32,000 nucleotides of DNA, taken from NCBI RefSeq assembly GCF_000940845.1, contig NZ_CP010341.1, positions 1,320,001 through 1,352,000 on the forward strand. Direction: 5' to 3'. This document shows positions 1-11,472 of this stretch, piece after piece; within the stretch, counting starts at the first letter, position 1; each line of letters opens with the position of its first letter. The notes under the pieces were generated by a model. It did not search any database and was not told the DNA's origin. It worked only from the letters and a program-made list of their open reading frames with translations. The stretch comes from Propionibacterium freudenreichii subsp. freudenreichii (GTDB lineage Bacteria > Actinomycetota > Actinomycetes > Propionibacteriales > Propionibacteriaceae). The translations under genes and the position numbers were made by a program.

Positions 1-1152
1 CCGGCCAACACCCTGCAGGAATATCCGACCCCTGTGATCTGGGTGTTGCTGATCCCCTATCTGATCGGCTTCGGCAATGAACACGGCTATGTCATTGCGT
101 TCGTCTGCATGATGTTGGCCCTCGATGCACTGTTCTCGTGGTCGCTGTGGCACTCAGGTGGCTCCATGGGCGGGCAGGCGGTCGTCTTCTGGACACTGTT
201 CCTGGCCATGGTGGGACCCACCGCCTTCCTGCGCTTCGACCTGATCACCTCGGTGTTGGCGGGCTGGTCGATCATCTTCCTGTTGCGACGCCACAGCGCA
301 GTTGCCGGGGGCCTGACTGCGCTGGGGGCTTCGGTGAAACTCTGGCCGGCCCTGTTGTGGCCGGCGCTCCTACCGGGCCCGGCCAGGCAGAAGTTCCGGG
401 CCACGGCGGGCTTCCTGCTGACCGGGCTGGCCATGGTGGGGCTGTCGCTGCTGTACGCGGGGTGGGACCGACTGCTGTCGCCCCTCACCTGGCAGCAGGG
501 CCGTGGACTGCAGATCGAATCGGTGTGGGCGACCCTTCCGATGTTGGCCCGCACCGTCAACTCCGACAACTACGCCGTCACCCTGTCGCGGTACCAGGCC
601 TTCGAGATCTGGGGCCCGGGGGTGAACACCCTGCTCAGCGCCTCGGACATCTTCTTCGCCGGCGGGCTTGCCGTGGCGGTCCTGGCCTATCTCGTGTGGC
701 TGTGGCGCGGACACGGCCGCCTGATCGAGGCGGTCGTGCTGGTGCAGTTCGTGATCATCGTCATGATCGTGACGAACAAGACCTTTTCGCCCCAGTACAT
801 GATGTGGCTCGGCGGCCCGCAGGCGGCGGCATTCGCCGTCCTTGGCACACGCAGCCACCATGTGGAGGAGTTCTACGTCGACCGCTCCCGGCTCAACACG
901 CTGTCGATGTGGATCCTGGTGGCCACCTTCCTCACGCTGTTGGTCTATCCGATCAGCTATGACTTCCTGGTCAATGACTGGAATGTGCGCGACAGCCTGC
1001 TGAGGTTCCCGGCCACCCTGTTACTCGCCGCCCGCAACATCGTGGTGGTGATCGTCCTGATCGATGTCATCAGGTGGGTGTGGAGCTTCCTGAGGCCCCG
1101 GGCCGTGAAGGCCGTGCGACAACGCCGCCGTGGGGTCGAGGCCCCTCAGTGA
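1..1152 (+). CDS. Polytopic membrane protein, GT-C-type (GT87/DUF2029-like) glycosyltransferase paralog 1; 5' end lies outside the window
   Basis: The frame is open from base 1 (PANTLQEYPTPVIW...), so the listed 34..1152 ORF is only the internal part. The protein is strongly hydrophobic. It shares KLWPALL, SPLTWQxGRGLQIESVWATLPM and NKTFSPQYMMWL motifs with the next two genes. The family call is from memory of DUF2029/GT87 features (D..YY and EYPxP in the first loop) and has not been searched. Confidence 0.6.
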   Translation, partial: PANTLQEYPTPVIWVLLIPYLIGFGNEHGYVIAFVCMMLALDALFSWSLWHSGGSMGGQAVVFWTLFLAMVGPTAFLRFDLITSVLAGWSIIFLLRRHSAVAGGLTALGASVKLWPALLWPALLPGPARQKFRATAGFLLTGLAMVGLSLLYAGWDRLLSPLTWQQGRGLQIESVWATLPMLARTVNSDNYAVTLSRYQAFEIWGPGVNTLLSASDIFFAGGLAVAVLAYLVWLWRGHGRLIEAVVLVQFVIIVMIVTNKTFSPQYMMWLGGPQAAAFAVLGTRSHHVEEFYVDRSRLNTLSMWILVATFLTLLVYPISYDFLVNDWNVRDSLLRFPATLLLAARNIVVVIVLIDVIRWVWSFLRPRAVKAVRQRRRGVEAPQ

Positions 1153-1292
1153 GTCGCCAAGCACTTGACCGACGACCCGACTCCCGTCCACCCGCCAGCA
1201 TTCCGGTGACCCGGCCGGTGACAGCGAGTCGCCCGGAGACGGCGAGCGCCGGCGTCCGCCGGGGATGGCATCGCCGGTCCGGCATAGCGACC

Positions 1293-2588
1293 ATGCCACG
1301 TGTCCGCCCGAACGGCTGGTGGGCCGTGGTCGCCTGGATCGTGTCGCGATCCCTGATGGCGTGCCTGTTCATCAACCTGGGCAGTTACCTGCGCTCCGAT
1401 GTCATCTACTACTTCACCTCCGTGCAGGGCGCCAGTCCCATGCACCTGGCCGGGGTGCTGTCCGAGTATCCGGTACCGATCGTGTGGCTCATCCAGCTGC
1501 TGGCAGCGATCTCGGGGCCATCCGCCGATGTCTTCGTCTTCGTCTTCGCCGCAACGATGGGTGGGCTCGATGCCGCCTGTTGCCGATGGTTGTGGCGGCA
1601 CTCACCACGCGCCTGCAGCTTGTGGATCGCCTTCACCTTCCTGATCGGCCCGCTCATCTGGTTCCGCATCGACCTGGTGCCGGCCGCGTTGGTCCTGGCC
1701 GCGCTGACCATGACAACGCGGCGCCCGGCATGGTCCGGGGCGGCCGTCGCGCTGGGCGCGGCGACGAAGCTGTGGCCGGCACTGCTGATCGTTCCCCTGG
1801 CCGGCACGCGACGCAGCGCACGACGCCGCGCAGGCGGATTCCTGCTCGTGGGCGCACTGATCGGCACGGCCGTCGTGGTCAGTCAGGGTTTGGCCCGTTC
1901 GGCCTCTCCCCTCACCTGGCAGGCGACCCGGGGCCTGCAGATCGAGTCGGTGTGGGCGACGCTGCCGATGGTGCAACGGCTGGTGTCGCCCGATGACAGC
2001 TGGTCAGTGGCCGTCAGCAGTTTCCACGCCTACGAGATCTCCGGCCCGGGCGTGGCGGGATGGCTGCAGGTCTCTTCCGCCGCCACAGCCGCCCTGCTGG
2101 CGCTGACGGCGCTGCTCGGCTGGCTGATCGCCCTGGACGGCATGGGACTTCCGGGCCACCGACGCGCGCTGCCGGCCGATCCCGACCGTGACGCCCAGCG
2201 GCACGAAGCCATGCTGTGGGCATTGCTCGCAATCATCGTCGGCGTGATCGTGGCCAACAAGGCCTTCAGCCCCCAGTACATGATGTGGCTGGCGGGACCC
2301 CTGGCGATGTTGTGGGCCGAGGGCACCCGGGCCGGTTCCCGCAGGCCCGCACGGCGCGTGACCATCATGGCCCTCGCAGCGGCCGGCCTCACGCAGCTTG
2401 TCTTCCCGCTCAACTACACGGCCCTGGTCGGCGATCATCCCGGCGGGTTCGTGACCACGGTGCTGGTGGCCCGCAACCTGGTCATGGTCGGCCTGGCCCT
2501 GCACTGCACCCGACACGCCCTGCGGGCCGCGTGGCGGGTGGGCCTACGCAGCGATCCCGCCCCTGATTCCGGGAGAGAACTTGTCTGA
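1293..2588 (+). CDS. Polytopic membrane protein, GT-C-type (GT87/DUF2029-like) glycosyltransferase paralog 2
   Basis: Start chosen at ATG 1293 (MPRVRPNGWWAVVAWIV...), where the hydrophobic, paralog-alignable sequence begins. The first 73 codons of the listed ORF (from 1074) are Arg/Pro-rich noise overlapping paralog 1. Motifs: SDVIYY, EYPVPIVWL, KLWPALL, LTWQATRGLQIESVWATLPM, NKAFSPQYMMWL. Confidence 0.65.
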   Translation: MPRVRPNGWWAVVAWIVSRSLMACLFINLGSYLRSDVIYYFTSVQGASPMHLAGVLSEYPVPIVWLIQLLAAISGPSADVFVFVFAATMGGLDAACCRWLWRHSPRACSLWIAFTFLIGPLIWFRIDLVPAALVLAALTMTTRRPAWSGAAVALGAATKLWPALLIVPLAGTRRSARRRAGGFLLVGALIGTAVVVSQGLARSASPLTWQATRGLQIESVWATLPMVQRLVSPDDSWSVAVSSFHAYEISGPGVAGWLQVSSAATAALLALTALLGWLIALDGMGLPGHRRALPADPDRDAQRHEAMLWALLAIIVGVIVANKAFSPQYMMWLAGPLAMLWAEGTRAGSRRPARRVTIMALAAAGLTQLVFPLNYTALVGDHPGGFVTTVLVARNLVMVGLALHCTRHALRAAWRVGLRSDPAPDSGRELV

Positions 2589-3987
2589 GTCGAACACACC
2601 ATCCGGGTCGAACGCCCCCAGGCCCACCGCAGCGTCCGCCGACAACGGGTCCACGACGGGTGTGACCGTCACGATCGGCCCACCCGCCATCGCGGACGCC
2701 CGTACCGGGAGCTGGGTGGCACGCTTCCCCCTGCTGGTGGCCTTCTGGGCGCTGTCCCGCGTGGTCATGGCCTGCATCTTCATGACCGACCTGTGCAGCT
2801 ACATCCGCAACGACGTGCTCTACTACGGCACGGCGGTCGCCAGCTCACCGGTCCCCCTGCTCGACCGCATGACCAATGTGCTCGACGAGTACCCGACGCC
2901 GATCGTCGGGTTCCTCCAGGTGATCAACGCGTTGGCGGGCGGCTCCACGTCCACCTTCGTCTCCGTTTTCGTCCTCGTGCTCTGCCTGGCAGACGGTTTC
3001 GCCGTCGCTGCCCTGTTCTTCCGTGAATCGCCGCGAGCCGGCTGGGTCTGGGCGGCCGCGGGCCTGCTACTGGGGCCGCTGCTGTGGTTCCGCCTAGACC
3101 TGTTGCCGGCGCTGGCCGTGCTCGGGGCACTGCACTGGATGGATCGTCGCCCCAGGCTGGCCGGGGTGATGATCGCCCTTGGTGCCGCCCTGAAACTGTG
3201 GCCGGCCCTGCTGATCATTCCCATGATGGGCCGGGGCCGGCTGGCCCGCTCCCGAACGCTGGGCTTCGTGGTGGCCGGGCTGGTGCTCGGTCTCGGGTCG
3301 CTGCTGACGCAGGGCTGGGCACGCTCCGCCTCGCCACTGACCTACCAGGGGGATCGTGGCCTCCAGATCGAATCGGTGTGGGCCACGGTGCCGATGGTGC
3401 GGCGCGTCATCTCCGGTGATTCGGGGCTCACGGTCTTCTTCAGCCAGTACAAGGCCTATGAGGTGTCGGGCCCGGGCGTGGCCGGCTGGATCCAGGTCAG
3501 CGACCTGCTGCTCGTGGTGATGATCGTCGCCACCGTGGCGCTGGGATGGTTGATCGGCCTGCGCGGTGTCGGCCTGCGCGGGCATCGATGGGCTGCACCC
3601 GGTGAGAAGGACCTGGGGGCCATCGACTGGGCGATCCAGTTGTCGCTGCTGGCCATCATCTGCGGGGTCATCGTGGCGAACAAGACGCTCAGCCCGCAGT
3701 ACCTGATGTGGCTGTTCCCCTCGTTGGCGATCATCACGGCCCGCGCCCGTGGCGAGCGCCAACGCCGGGTCGTGCGGCGCATCCTGGCGTTCGCGGCGAC
3801 GTCGCTGGCCCTGACGCCCTGGGTGTTCCCGCTGGGCTACTCCGGGTTGATCTCCTCCACACCGAATGCAGGGGTTACCTGGCTGCTCGTGCTGCGCAAT
3901 CTCGGACTCGTTACGCTGACCGCATATTCATGGTTTGAGGCGTGGAGGGCGGCTGTTCGCAGCGGGGTTTTCGAACCCGAACTGTAG
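2581..3987 (+). CDS. Polytopic membrane protein, GT-C-type (GT87/DUF2029-like) glycosyltransferase paralog 3
   Basis: TTG start at 2581 overlaps the paralog 2 stop (2586-2588) and follows GGGAGAG at 2571-2577. Motifs: NDVLYY, EYPTPIVGFL, KLWPALL, LTYQGDRGLQIESVWATVPM, NKTLSPQYLMWL. The start codon is uncertain; the N-terminal ~45 aa are not hydrophobic. Confidence 0.65.
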   Translation: MSESNTPSGSNAPRPTAASADNGSTTGVTVTIGPPAIADARTGSWVARFPLLVAFWALSRVVMACIFMTDLCSYIRNDVLYYGTAVASSPVPLLDRMTNVLDEYPTPIVGFLQVINALAGGSTSTFVSVFVLVLCLADGFAVAALFFRESPRAGWVWAAAGLLLGPLLWFRLDLLPALAVLGALHWMDRRPRLAGVMIALGAALKLWPALLIIPMMGRGRLARSRTLGFVVAGLVLGLGSLLTQGWARSASPLTYQGDRGLQIESVWATVPMVRRVISGDSGLTVFFSQYKAYEVSGPGVAGWIQVSDLLLVVMIVATVALGWLIGLRGVGLRGHRWAAPGEKDLGAIDWAIQLSLLAIICGVIVANKTLSPQYLMWLFPSLAIITARARGERQRRVVRRILAFAATSLALTPWVFPLGYSGLISSTPNAGVTWLLVLRNLGLVTLTAYSWFEAWRAAVRSGVFEPEL

Positions 3988-4056
3988 AGTCGGAGAGGTA
4001 AGCCGCCCGCCCAGAAATCACATGGAAGTGAGGGACGTGGCTCAGCCACGAACATC

Positions 4057-7842
<3,786 letters not shown>

Positions 7843-7845
7843 TCC

Positions 7846-7889
7846 CATCGTGCCCGGCCCGCCCGTCACGGTCCGGGCCGGGCACGATG
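7846..7889 (+). terminator. Hairpin terminator downstream of kgd
   Basis: Perfect 16-bp inverted repeat: catcgtgcccggcccg (7846-7861) and cgggccgggcacgatg (7874-7889), with a 12-nt loop. It begins 4 nt after the kgd stop. There is no U-tract, as is common in high-GC actinobacteria. Confidence 0.7.
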
Positions 7890-8086
7890 CACGTCCGCCC
7901 GCGAGTTAATCGGTCGTGCGGGATTCTTGTCATGCCGGGACCCTGTTGAAAACTCTGCGAACATGGCAGAGTAGTCAGGCGGGGATTCTTTGCGTTACTG
8001 ACGTTCTTCCCCATCCCGCTTGATCATTCGCACCCGGCGCCCAGTGTCATCGGACGCTTGTGCTTTGCAGAAGGAGTCACACCCAG

Positions 8087-8335
8087 ATGGACTGGCGCCA
8101 CAAGGCTGCCTGCCTCAATGAGGATCCGGAGCTGTTTTTCCCCATCGGAAACACTGGTCCGGCTTTGGCGCAGATCGAAGAGGCCAAGAAGGTCTGCCAG
8201 CGATGCGAGGTGCGCGAAGAGTGCCTGGCCTGGGCCCTGGAGGCCGGTCAGGACCACGGCGTATGGGGCGGGATGTCGGAGGACGAGCGCCGCGCGATGA
8301 AGCGCCGGGCCGCGCGGTCACGTCGTAGCGCCTGA
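8087..8335 (+). CDS. whiB1: WhiB-family Fe-S transcriptional regulator, WhiB1/WblE ortholog
   Basis: 82 aa: MDWRHKAACLNEDPELFFPIGNTGPALAQIEEAKKVCQRCEVREECLAWALEAGQDHGVWGGMSEDERRAMKRR. It has four Cys and a GVWGG turn, and is collinear and highly similar to M. tuberculosis WhiB1 as I recall it. AAGGAG RBS at 8071-8076. The listed GTG start at 8060 is probably 27 nt too far upstream. Confidence 0.93.
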   Translation: MDWRHKAACLNEDPELFFPIGNTGPALAQIEEAKKVCQRCEVREECLAWALEAGQDHGVWGGMSEDERRAMKRRAARSRRSA

Positions 8336-8353
8336 ACAGCCTGCTGATACAGA

Positions 8354-8388
8354 AAGGTCGTGCCCGCGAAGCCTGCGGGCACGACCTT
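8354..8388. terminator. Bidirectional hairpin between convergent whiB1 and pdtaS
   Basis: Perfect 14-bp stem: aaggtcgtgcccgc (8354-8367) and gcgggcacgacctt (8375-8388), with a 7-nt loop. It lies between the whiB1 stop (8335) and the pdtaS stop (8440). Confidence 0.7.
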
Positions 8389-8439
8389 CTGCTTGCCGAC
8401 GCCACCGGCGGGCAGGACCCGCCAGCTGCCGTTGCTGGC

Positions 8440-9948
8440 TCAGACGCTGAGCGTCGACGCCGGCACCACGATGCGTGAGGTGGCTCCCGGACCGTCGGCA
8501 TTGTTGAACAGGGTGAACTCTCCCCCCAGATCGGCCACCAGGGTGGTGACGATGGAGGTACCGAGGCTGTTGGTGGCACCCATCTGGAAGCCCTCGGGCA
8601 GCCCCTCCCCCTCATCGACGACGTCGAGCACCAGGTCGCCGGCGGCATTGCGCTGGGGACGCACGAAGACATTTCCCGAATGGGTTGCCAGCCCGTGCTC
8701 GATGGCGTTCTGGCACAGCTCTGTGAGTATCAGGGACAGGGACGTGGCCACCTTGGCCGGCACGAGTCCGAAGCTTCCCTCACGCTTGGCGCGCACGGTG
8801 CCCGACGCCGCCGCAACGTCGCCGACCATCTGCAACAGCTTGTCGGCCACCTGGTCGAATTCTGCCTCCTCGTCGTAGCTCTGCGAGAGGATCTCGTGCA
8901 CCACGGCGATGGACTGGACCCGATTCGTGGCGTCGGTGAGTGCATTCTTGGCCTCGTCGGAGTGGGTACGGCGCGCCTGGAGGCGCAGCAGCGCGGCCAC
9001 TGTCTGGAGGTTGTTCTTCACCCGGTGGTGGATCTCACGGATCGTGGCGTCCTTGGTGACCAGCTCGCGTTCGCGGTCGCGCAGCTCGGTGATGTCGCGG
9101 CACAGCATCAGTACCCCGACCTGTCGCCCGTCCTTGCGCAGTTGCAGGACGCGGGCGCGGATGCACCCGGCATCGTTCTCCAGGTCGTACTCCCCGGCGA
9201 TGTCGGTGCGGAAGACTGACTGGCTGGGCTCCGATTCATGGTCGGCGAAGGTGCCCTCGCCGTGGGGGGACACCGCAAAGATGGACACCCGCAGGCTGTC
9301 GGGCGCCGGATGATGGACATCTTCGCCCACCAGGTCCCCCACCATCCCCAGTCGGCGATAGGCGGACACCGCGTTGGGACTGGCGTACTTGATGGCGCCG
9401 TCCATGCCCGCATAGATCAACCCATCGCCCACCCGCGGACTCATCGAGGGATCGCTGGCGGGGCTCACGGGATAGTCGGCGTGATGCACCATGTCGGTGA
9501 GGATGTCGGCGATTTCGAGGTAGTAGTCCTCCATCGCCCCCGGCGCACGCACGCCCATCCGGTTGGTGTGGCGTTCGACGACACCGATCACATCGCCGTG
9601 GCGCAGGATCGGGATGGCCCACACGTCCACCGGGATACCGGCCCGCAGCCGGTTGTTGCTCGTCTCGCTGACCTCGCGCGACATGAAGGCCTCGGTCACC
9701 AGCGAGTCGGGCTCGTAGCGGATCTCATCACCGACGACGTCATCCTCGAGCGCCGTCGGCCCGGTCACCGGACGCTGCTGGGCTGCGGCCCAGAAGACGT
9801 TCTCGTCCTCATCGGGGACCCACAGCACCAGGTCGGAGAACCTCATATCGGCCAGCAGGTGCCATTCACGGACCAGGGAGGTGAGCCACTCGCGATCATC
9901 CTCGTCGAGGACCGTGTGATCAGCCAGGACCCGGTTCATTGACACCAT
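8440..9948 (-). CDS. pdtaS: Soluble GAF/PAS sensor histidine kinase, PdtaS ortholog
   Basis: The kinase core has KDATIREIHHRVKNNLQTVAALLRLQARR (HisKA_2-type H-box) and ATPase motifs ELCQNAIEHG, DEGEGLP and SLGTSIV. It is collinear with ~500-aa M. tuberculosis PdtaS from M(VS)MNRVLADHTVL. Start is ATG 9948, or alternatively 9939. The upstream 130 codons of the listed 632-aa ORF are rejected. Confidence 0.88.
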   Translation of the reverse strand: MVSMNRVLADHTVLDEDDREWLTSLVREWHLLADMRFSDLVLWVPDEDENVFWAAAQQRPVTGPTALEDDVVGDEIRYEPDSLVTEAFMSREVSETSNNRLRAGIPVDVWAIPILRHGDVIGVVERHTNRMGVRAPGAMEDYYLEIADILTDMVHHADYPVSPASDPSMSPRVGDGLIYAGMDGAIKYASPNAVSAYRRLGMVGDLVGEDVHHPAPDSLRVSIFAVSPHGEGTFADHESEPSQSVFRTDIAGEYDLENDAGCIRARVLQLRKDGRQVGVLMLCRDITELRDRERELVTKDATIREIHHRVKNNLQTVAALLRLQARRTHSDEAKNALTDATNRVQSIAVVHEILSQSYDEEAEFDQVADKLLQMVGDVAAASGTVRAKREGSFGLVPAKVATSLSLILTELCQNAIEHGLATHSGNVFVRPQRNAAGDLVLDVVDEGEGLPEGFQMGATNSLGTSIVTTLVADLGGEFTLFNNADGPGATSRIVVPASTLSV

Positions 9949-10092
9949 GGGACCAACTTTATGCGGTGGACAGCTCCCTGCCCTGCCCCCGGGCCCGGGC
10001 TGGTCGTGGTGGGCCGGTCGCCCACCATGTGCCTGCGCTGGCGGCCCCGGGGCGCGGGTTTTCGCGGCGATGGCCTGTTTGGGGCAGGGACT

Positions 10093-10104
10093 TGCCACGT
10101 GGCA
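10093..10104. promoter_or_regulatory. Perfect 12-bp palindrome TGCCACGTGGCA in the pdtaS / bL37 divergent intergenic region (candidate operator)
   Basis: Read directly from the sequence. It is exactly self-complementary and lies 88 nt upstream of the bL37 ATG and 145 nt upstream of the pdtaS ATG. No binding protein is known to me. Confidence 0.3.
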
Positions 10105-10191
10105 GAATTGGAATCCACGCCCGTAGACCTCGGTATGCGGGGATACTTGAATTGCGCCGAACCCCCGGTTCGGCTGCGGGATGGAGGGCCT

Positions 10192-10266
10192 ATGGGAAAG
10201 ACCGGACGCAAGCGTCGTGCTCGCCGAAAGAATGCCGCCAACCACGGCAAGCGACCCAACGCCTAA
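10192..10266 (+). CDS. 24-aa highly basic peptide, probable actinobacterial large-subunit ribosomal protein bL37
   Basis: ATG 10192 to TAA 10264-10266 encodes MGKTGRKRRARRKNAANHGKRPNA. GGAGGG sits at 10183-10188. A strong hairpin terminator begins 18 nt after the stop. The length, charge and C-terminal ANHGKRPN(A/S) match my recollection of mycobacterial bL37. In the ORF track it is hidden as the tail of the 9961..10266 ORF. Confidence 0.7.
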   Translation: MGKTGRKRRARRKNAANHGKRPNA

Positions 10267-10283
10267 TTTCTGACCACTACTAC

Positions 10284-10324
10284 CGATGATGCCGGCACCC
10301 CCAGTGGGGATGCCGGCATCATCG
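10284..10324. terminator. Strong bidirectional hairpin between bL37 and rshA
   Basis: Perfect 14-bp stem: cgatgatgccggca (10284-10297) and tgccggcatcatcg (10311-10324). Four further C:G pairs form inside the loop (cccc agt gggg). Confidence 0.75.
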
Positions 10325-10433
10325 TCTGTCAACTGCATTGTCTGTCAGCCACATCTCCCTGGCGCGACACCCGGGGACGAAACCGCGAGGATCATCGTCG
10401 CGGACCCACCGGAGCCTGACGCCCGGGCGGGGT

Positions 10434-10745
10434 TCAGGCGGATTCGGTGGTGACGTCGCCGCCCGACATGGAACGACGATGCTCCACGCTCAATGCGGTG
10501 ATGCGGGTGCGCAGGGCCGGCGACGCACAGGGTGTGCCGGTGCAGCGCTTGACCATCGATGAGATCATCTCCTCGATGTCGAAGTCGTTCATACAGCTCT
10601 CGCAGATCATGAGGTGATGGCGGATCTCGTCCGCGTTGGCCTCGGGCAGCTCGCCGTGCAGGAATGCCTGCAGGCTACCCAATGCCATCTCACAGGCATG
10701 CTCGTCAGTGGCTGACACGAAGTCGCCATGGCCCATTTCACTCAT
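10434..10745 (-). CDS. rshA: Zinc-binding anti-sigma factor (ZAS family), RshA/RsrA ortholog
   Basis: 103 aa from MSEMGHGDF. It carries an upstream Cys (DEHAC) and the HxxxCxxC motif (HHLMICESC). The start ATG at 10745 overlaps the sigH stop (ATGAGTGA). It sits directly downstream of sigH, as in mycobacteria and streptomycetes. Confidence 0.88.
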   Translation of the reverse strand: MSEMGHGDFVSATDEHACEMALGSLQAFLHGELPEANADEIRHHLMICESCMNDFDIEEMISSMVKRCTGTPCASPALRTRITALSVEHRRSMSGGDVTTESA

Positions 10746-11391
10746 GAGTCCGGTCTCCCCCGATTCCATTCTCACGTGCATAGTCGGCCAGCAGCTTGCG
10801 CAGTTGCGCACGTCCCCTGTTGAGCCGTGACATCACCGTGCCGATGGGCGTGCCCATGATCTCGGCGATCTCCTTGTAGGAGAAGCCCTCGACATCGGCG
10901 AGCAGGACTGCCTCACGGAATTCGTCGGACAGCTGCTCGAGTGCATTGGTCACTGCCGCATCCGGCATCTCACGCAGCGCCTCCATCTCCGCCGACCGCA
11001 GCCCGGTGGCCTCATGGGACGCCGCCTTGGCCAACTGCCAGTCCTCGACATCGTCCGACCCGGTCTGGGGCTGACGCTGCGCCTTGCGGTAGGTGTTGAT
11101 GTAGGTGTTGGTGAGAATGCGATACAACCAGGCCTTCAGGTTCGTGCCCGGCCTGAACTGCTTGAACGAGCTGAACGCCTTGGCGTAGGTCTCCTGGACC
11201 ACGTCCTCGGCGTCGCTCGGGTTGCGCGTCATGCGCAACGCCGCGCCGTAGAGCTGGTCGATGTAGACCATGGCATCGCGTTCGAAGCGCTCCGCCCGTT
11301 CGGCATCCGTCTCGGTATCGCGCACGTCGCCAACCGGCTCGGCGGATGCGCCGCGAGCCGATGAATTAGTCGCAGGGGTTGGAATCGTCAT
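10738..11391 (-). CDS. sigH: ECF sigma factor SigH/SigR (thiol-oxidative and heat stress)
   Basis: 217 aa from ATG 11391. [62 protein letters not shown] and [13 protein letters not shown] are closely similar to M. tuberculosis SigH (216 aa). An in-frame GTG at 11436 would add 15 aa. Confidence 0.92.
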   Translation of the reverse strand: MTIPTPATNSSARGASAEPVGDVRDTETDAERAERFERDAMVYIDQLYGAALRMTRNPSDAEDVVQETYAKAFSSFKQFRPGTNLKAWLYRILTNTYINTYRKAQRQPQTGSDDVEDWQLAKAASHEATGLRSAEMEALREMPDAAVTNALEQLSDEFREAVLLADVEGFSYKEIAEIMGTPIGTVMSRLNRGRAQLRKLLADYARENGIGGDRTHE

Positions 11392-11445
11392 CGCATATGA
11401 CAGTACCGAACTCCGCGGTTGGGTGATCGTCTGCACGCCATGAAG

Positions 11446-11472
11446 AACGTAGCCAACGAGGTCTCTTATTCC
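11446..11472 (-). promoter_or_regulatory. Candidate SigH/SigR-dependent autoregulatory promoter (GGAATA-N17-CGTT)
   Basis: The minus strand reads GGAATAAGAGACCTCGTTGGCTACGTTCTTCA. GGAAT is at 11472-11468 and GTT at 11448-11446, giving 19 nt between GGAAT and GTT. This is one more than the N18 I recall for SigR and equals N17 in the GGAAYA/CGTT notation used for SigH. It lies 10 nt upstream of GTG 11436 and 55 nt upstream of ATG 11391. Confidence 0.5.

Noticed and set aside
1074-1292. Upstream extension of GT-C paralog 2, plus similar extensions of rsgA (13574-13714) and hisN (14629-14838)
   Set aside because: The extensions overlap the preceding gene and are Arg/Pro-rich. They do not align with the paralogs or orthologs. 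Better-supported internal starts exist at ATG 1293, GTG 13715 (GTGA coupling) and ATG 14839.
7890-8086. CRP/GlxR box (TGTGA-N6-TCACA) upstream of whiB1
   Set aside because: The closest candidates (TGTTGAAAACTCTGCGAACA and GTGTCATCGGACGC) do not fit the 16-bp consensus on either half-site.
8115-8878. ORFs 8115..8672 (-) and 8360..8878 (+) overlapping whiB1 and pdtaS
   Set aside because: They have Pro/Arg/Ser-rich composition and cross a strong bidirectional terminator. They overlap two genes with clear homology.
9949-10338. 130-codon N-terminal extension of the pdtaS ORF (632-aa version)
   Set aside because: The extension has no protein-like features. It runs antisense across the bL37-like sORF and through a 14-bp hairpin terminator. 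PdtaS homology begins at the internal MVSMNRVL.
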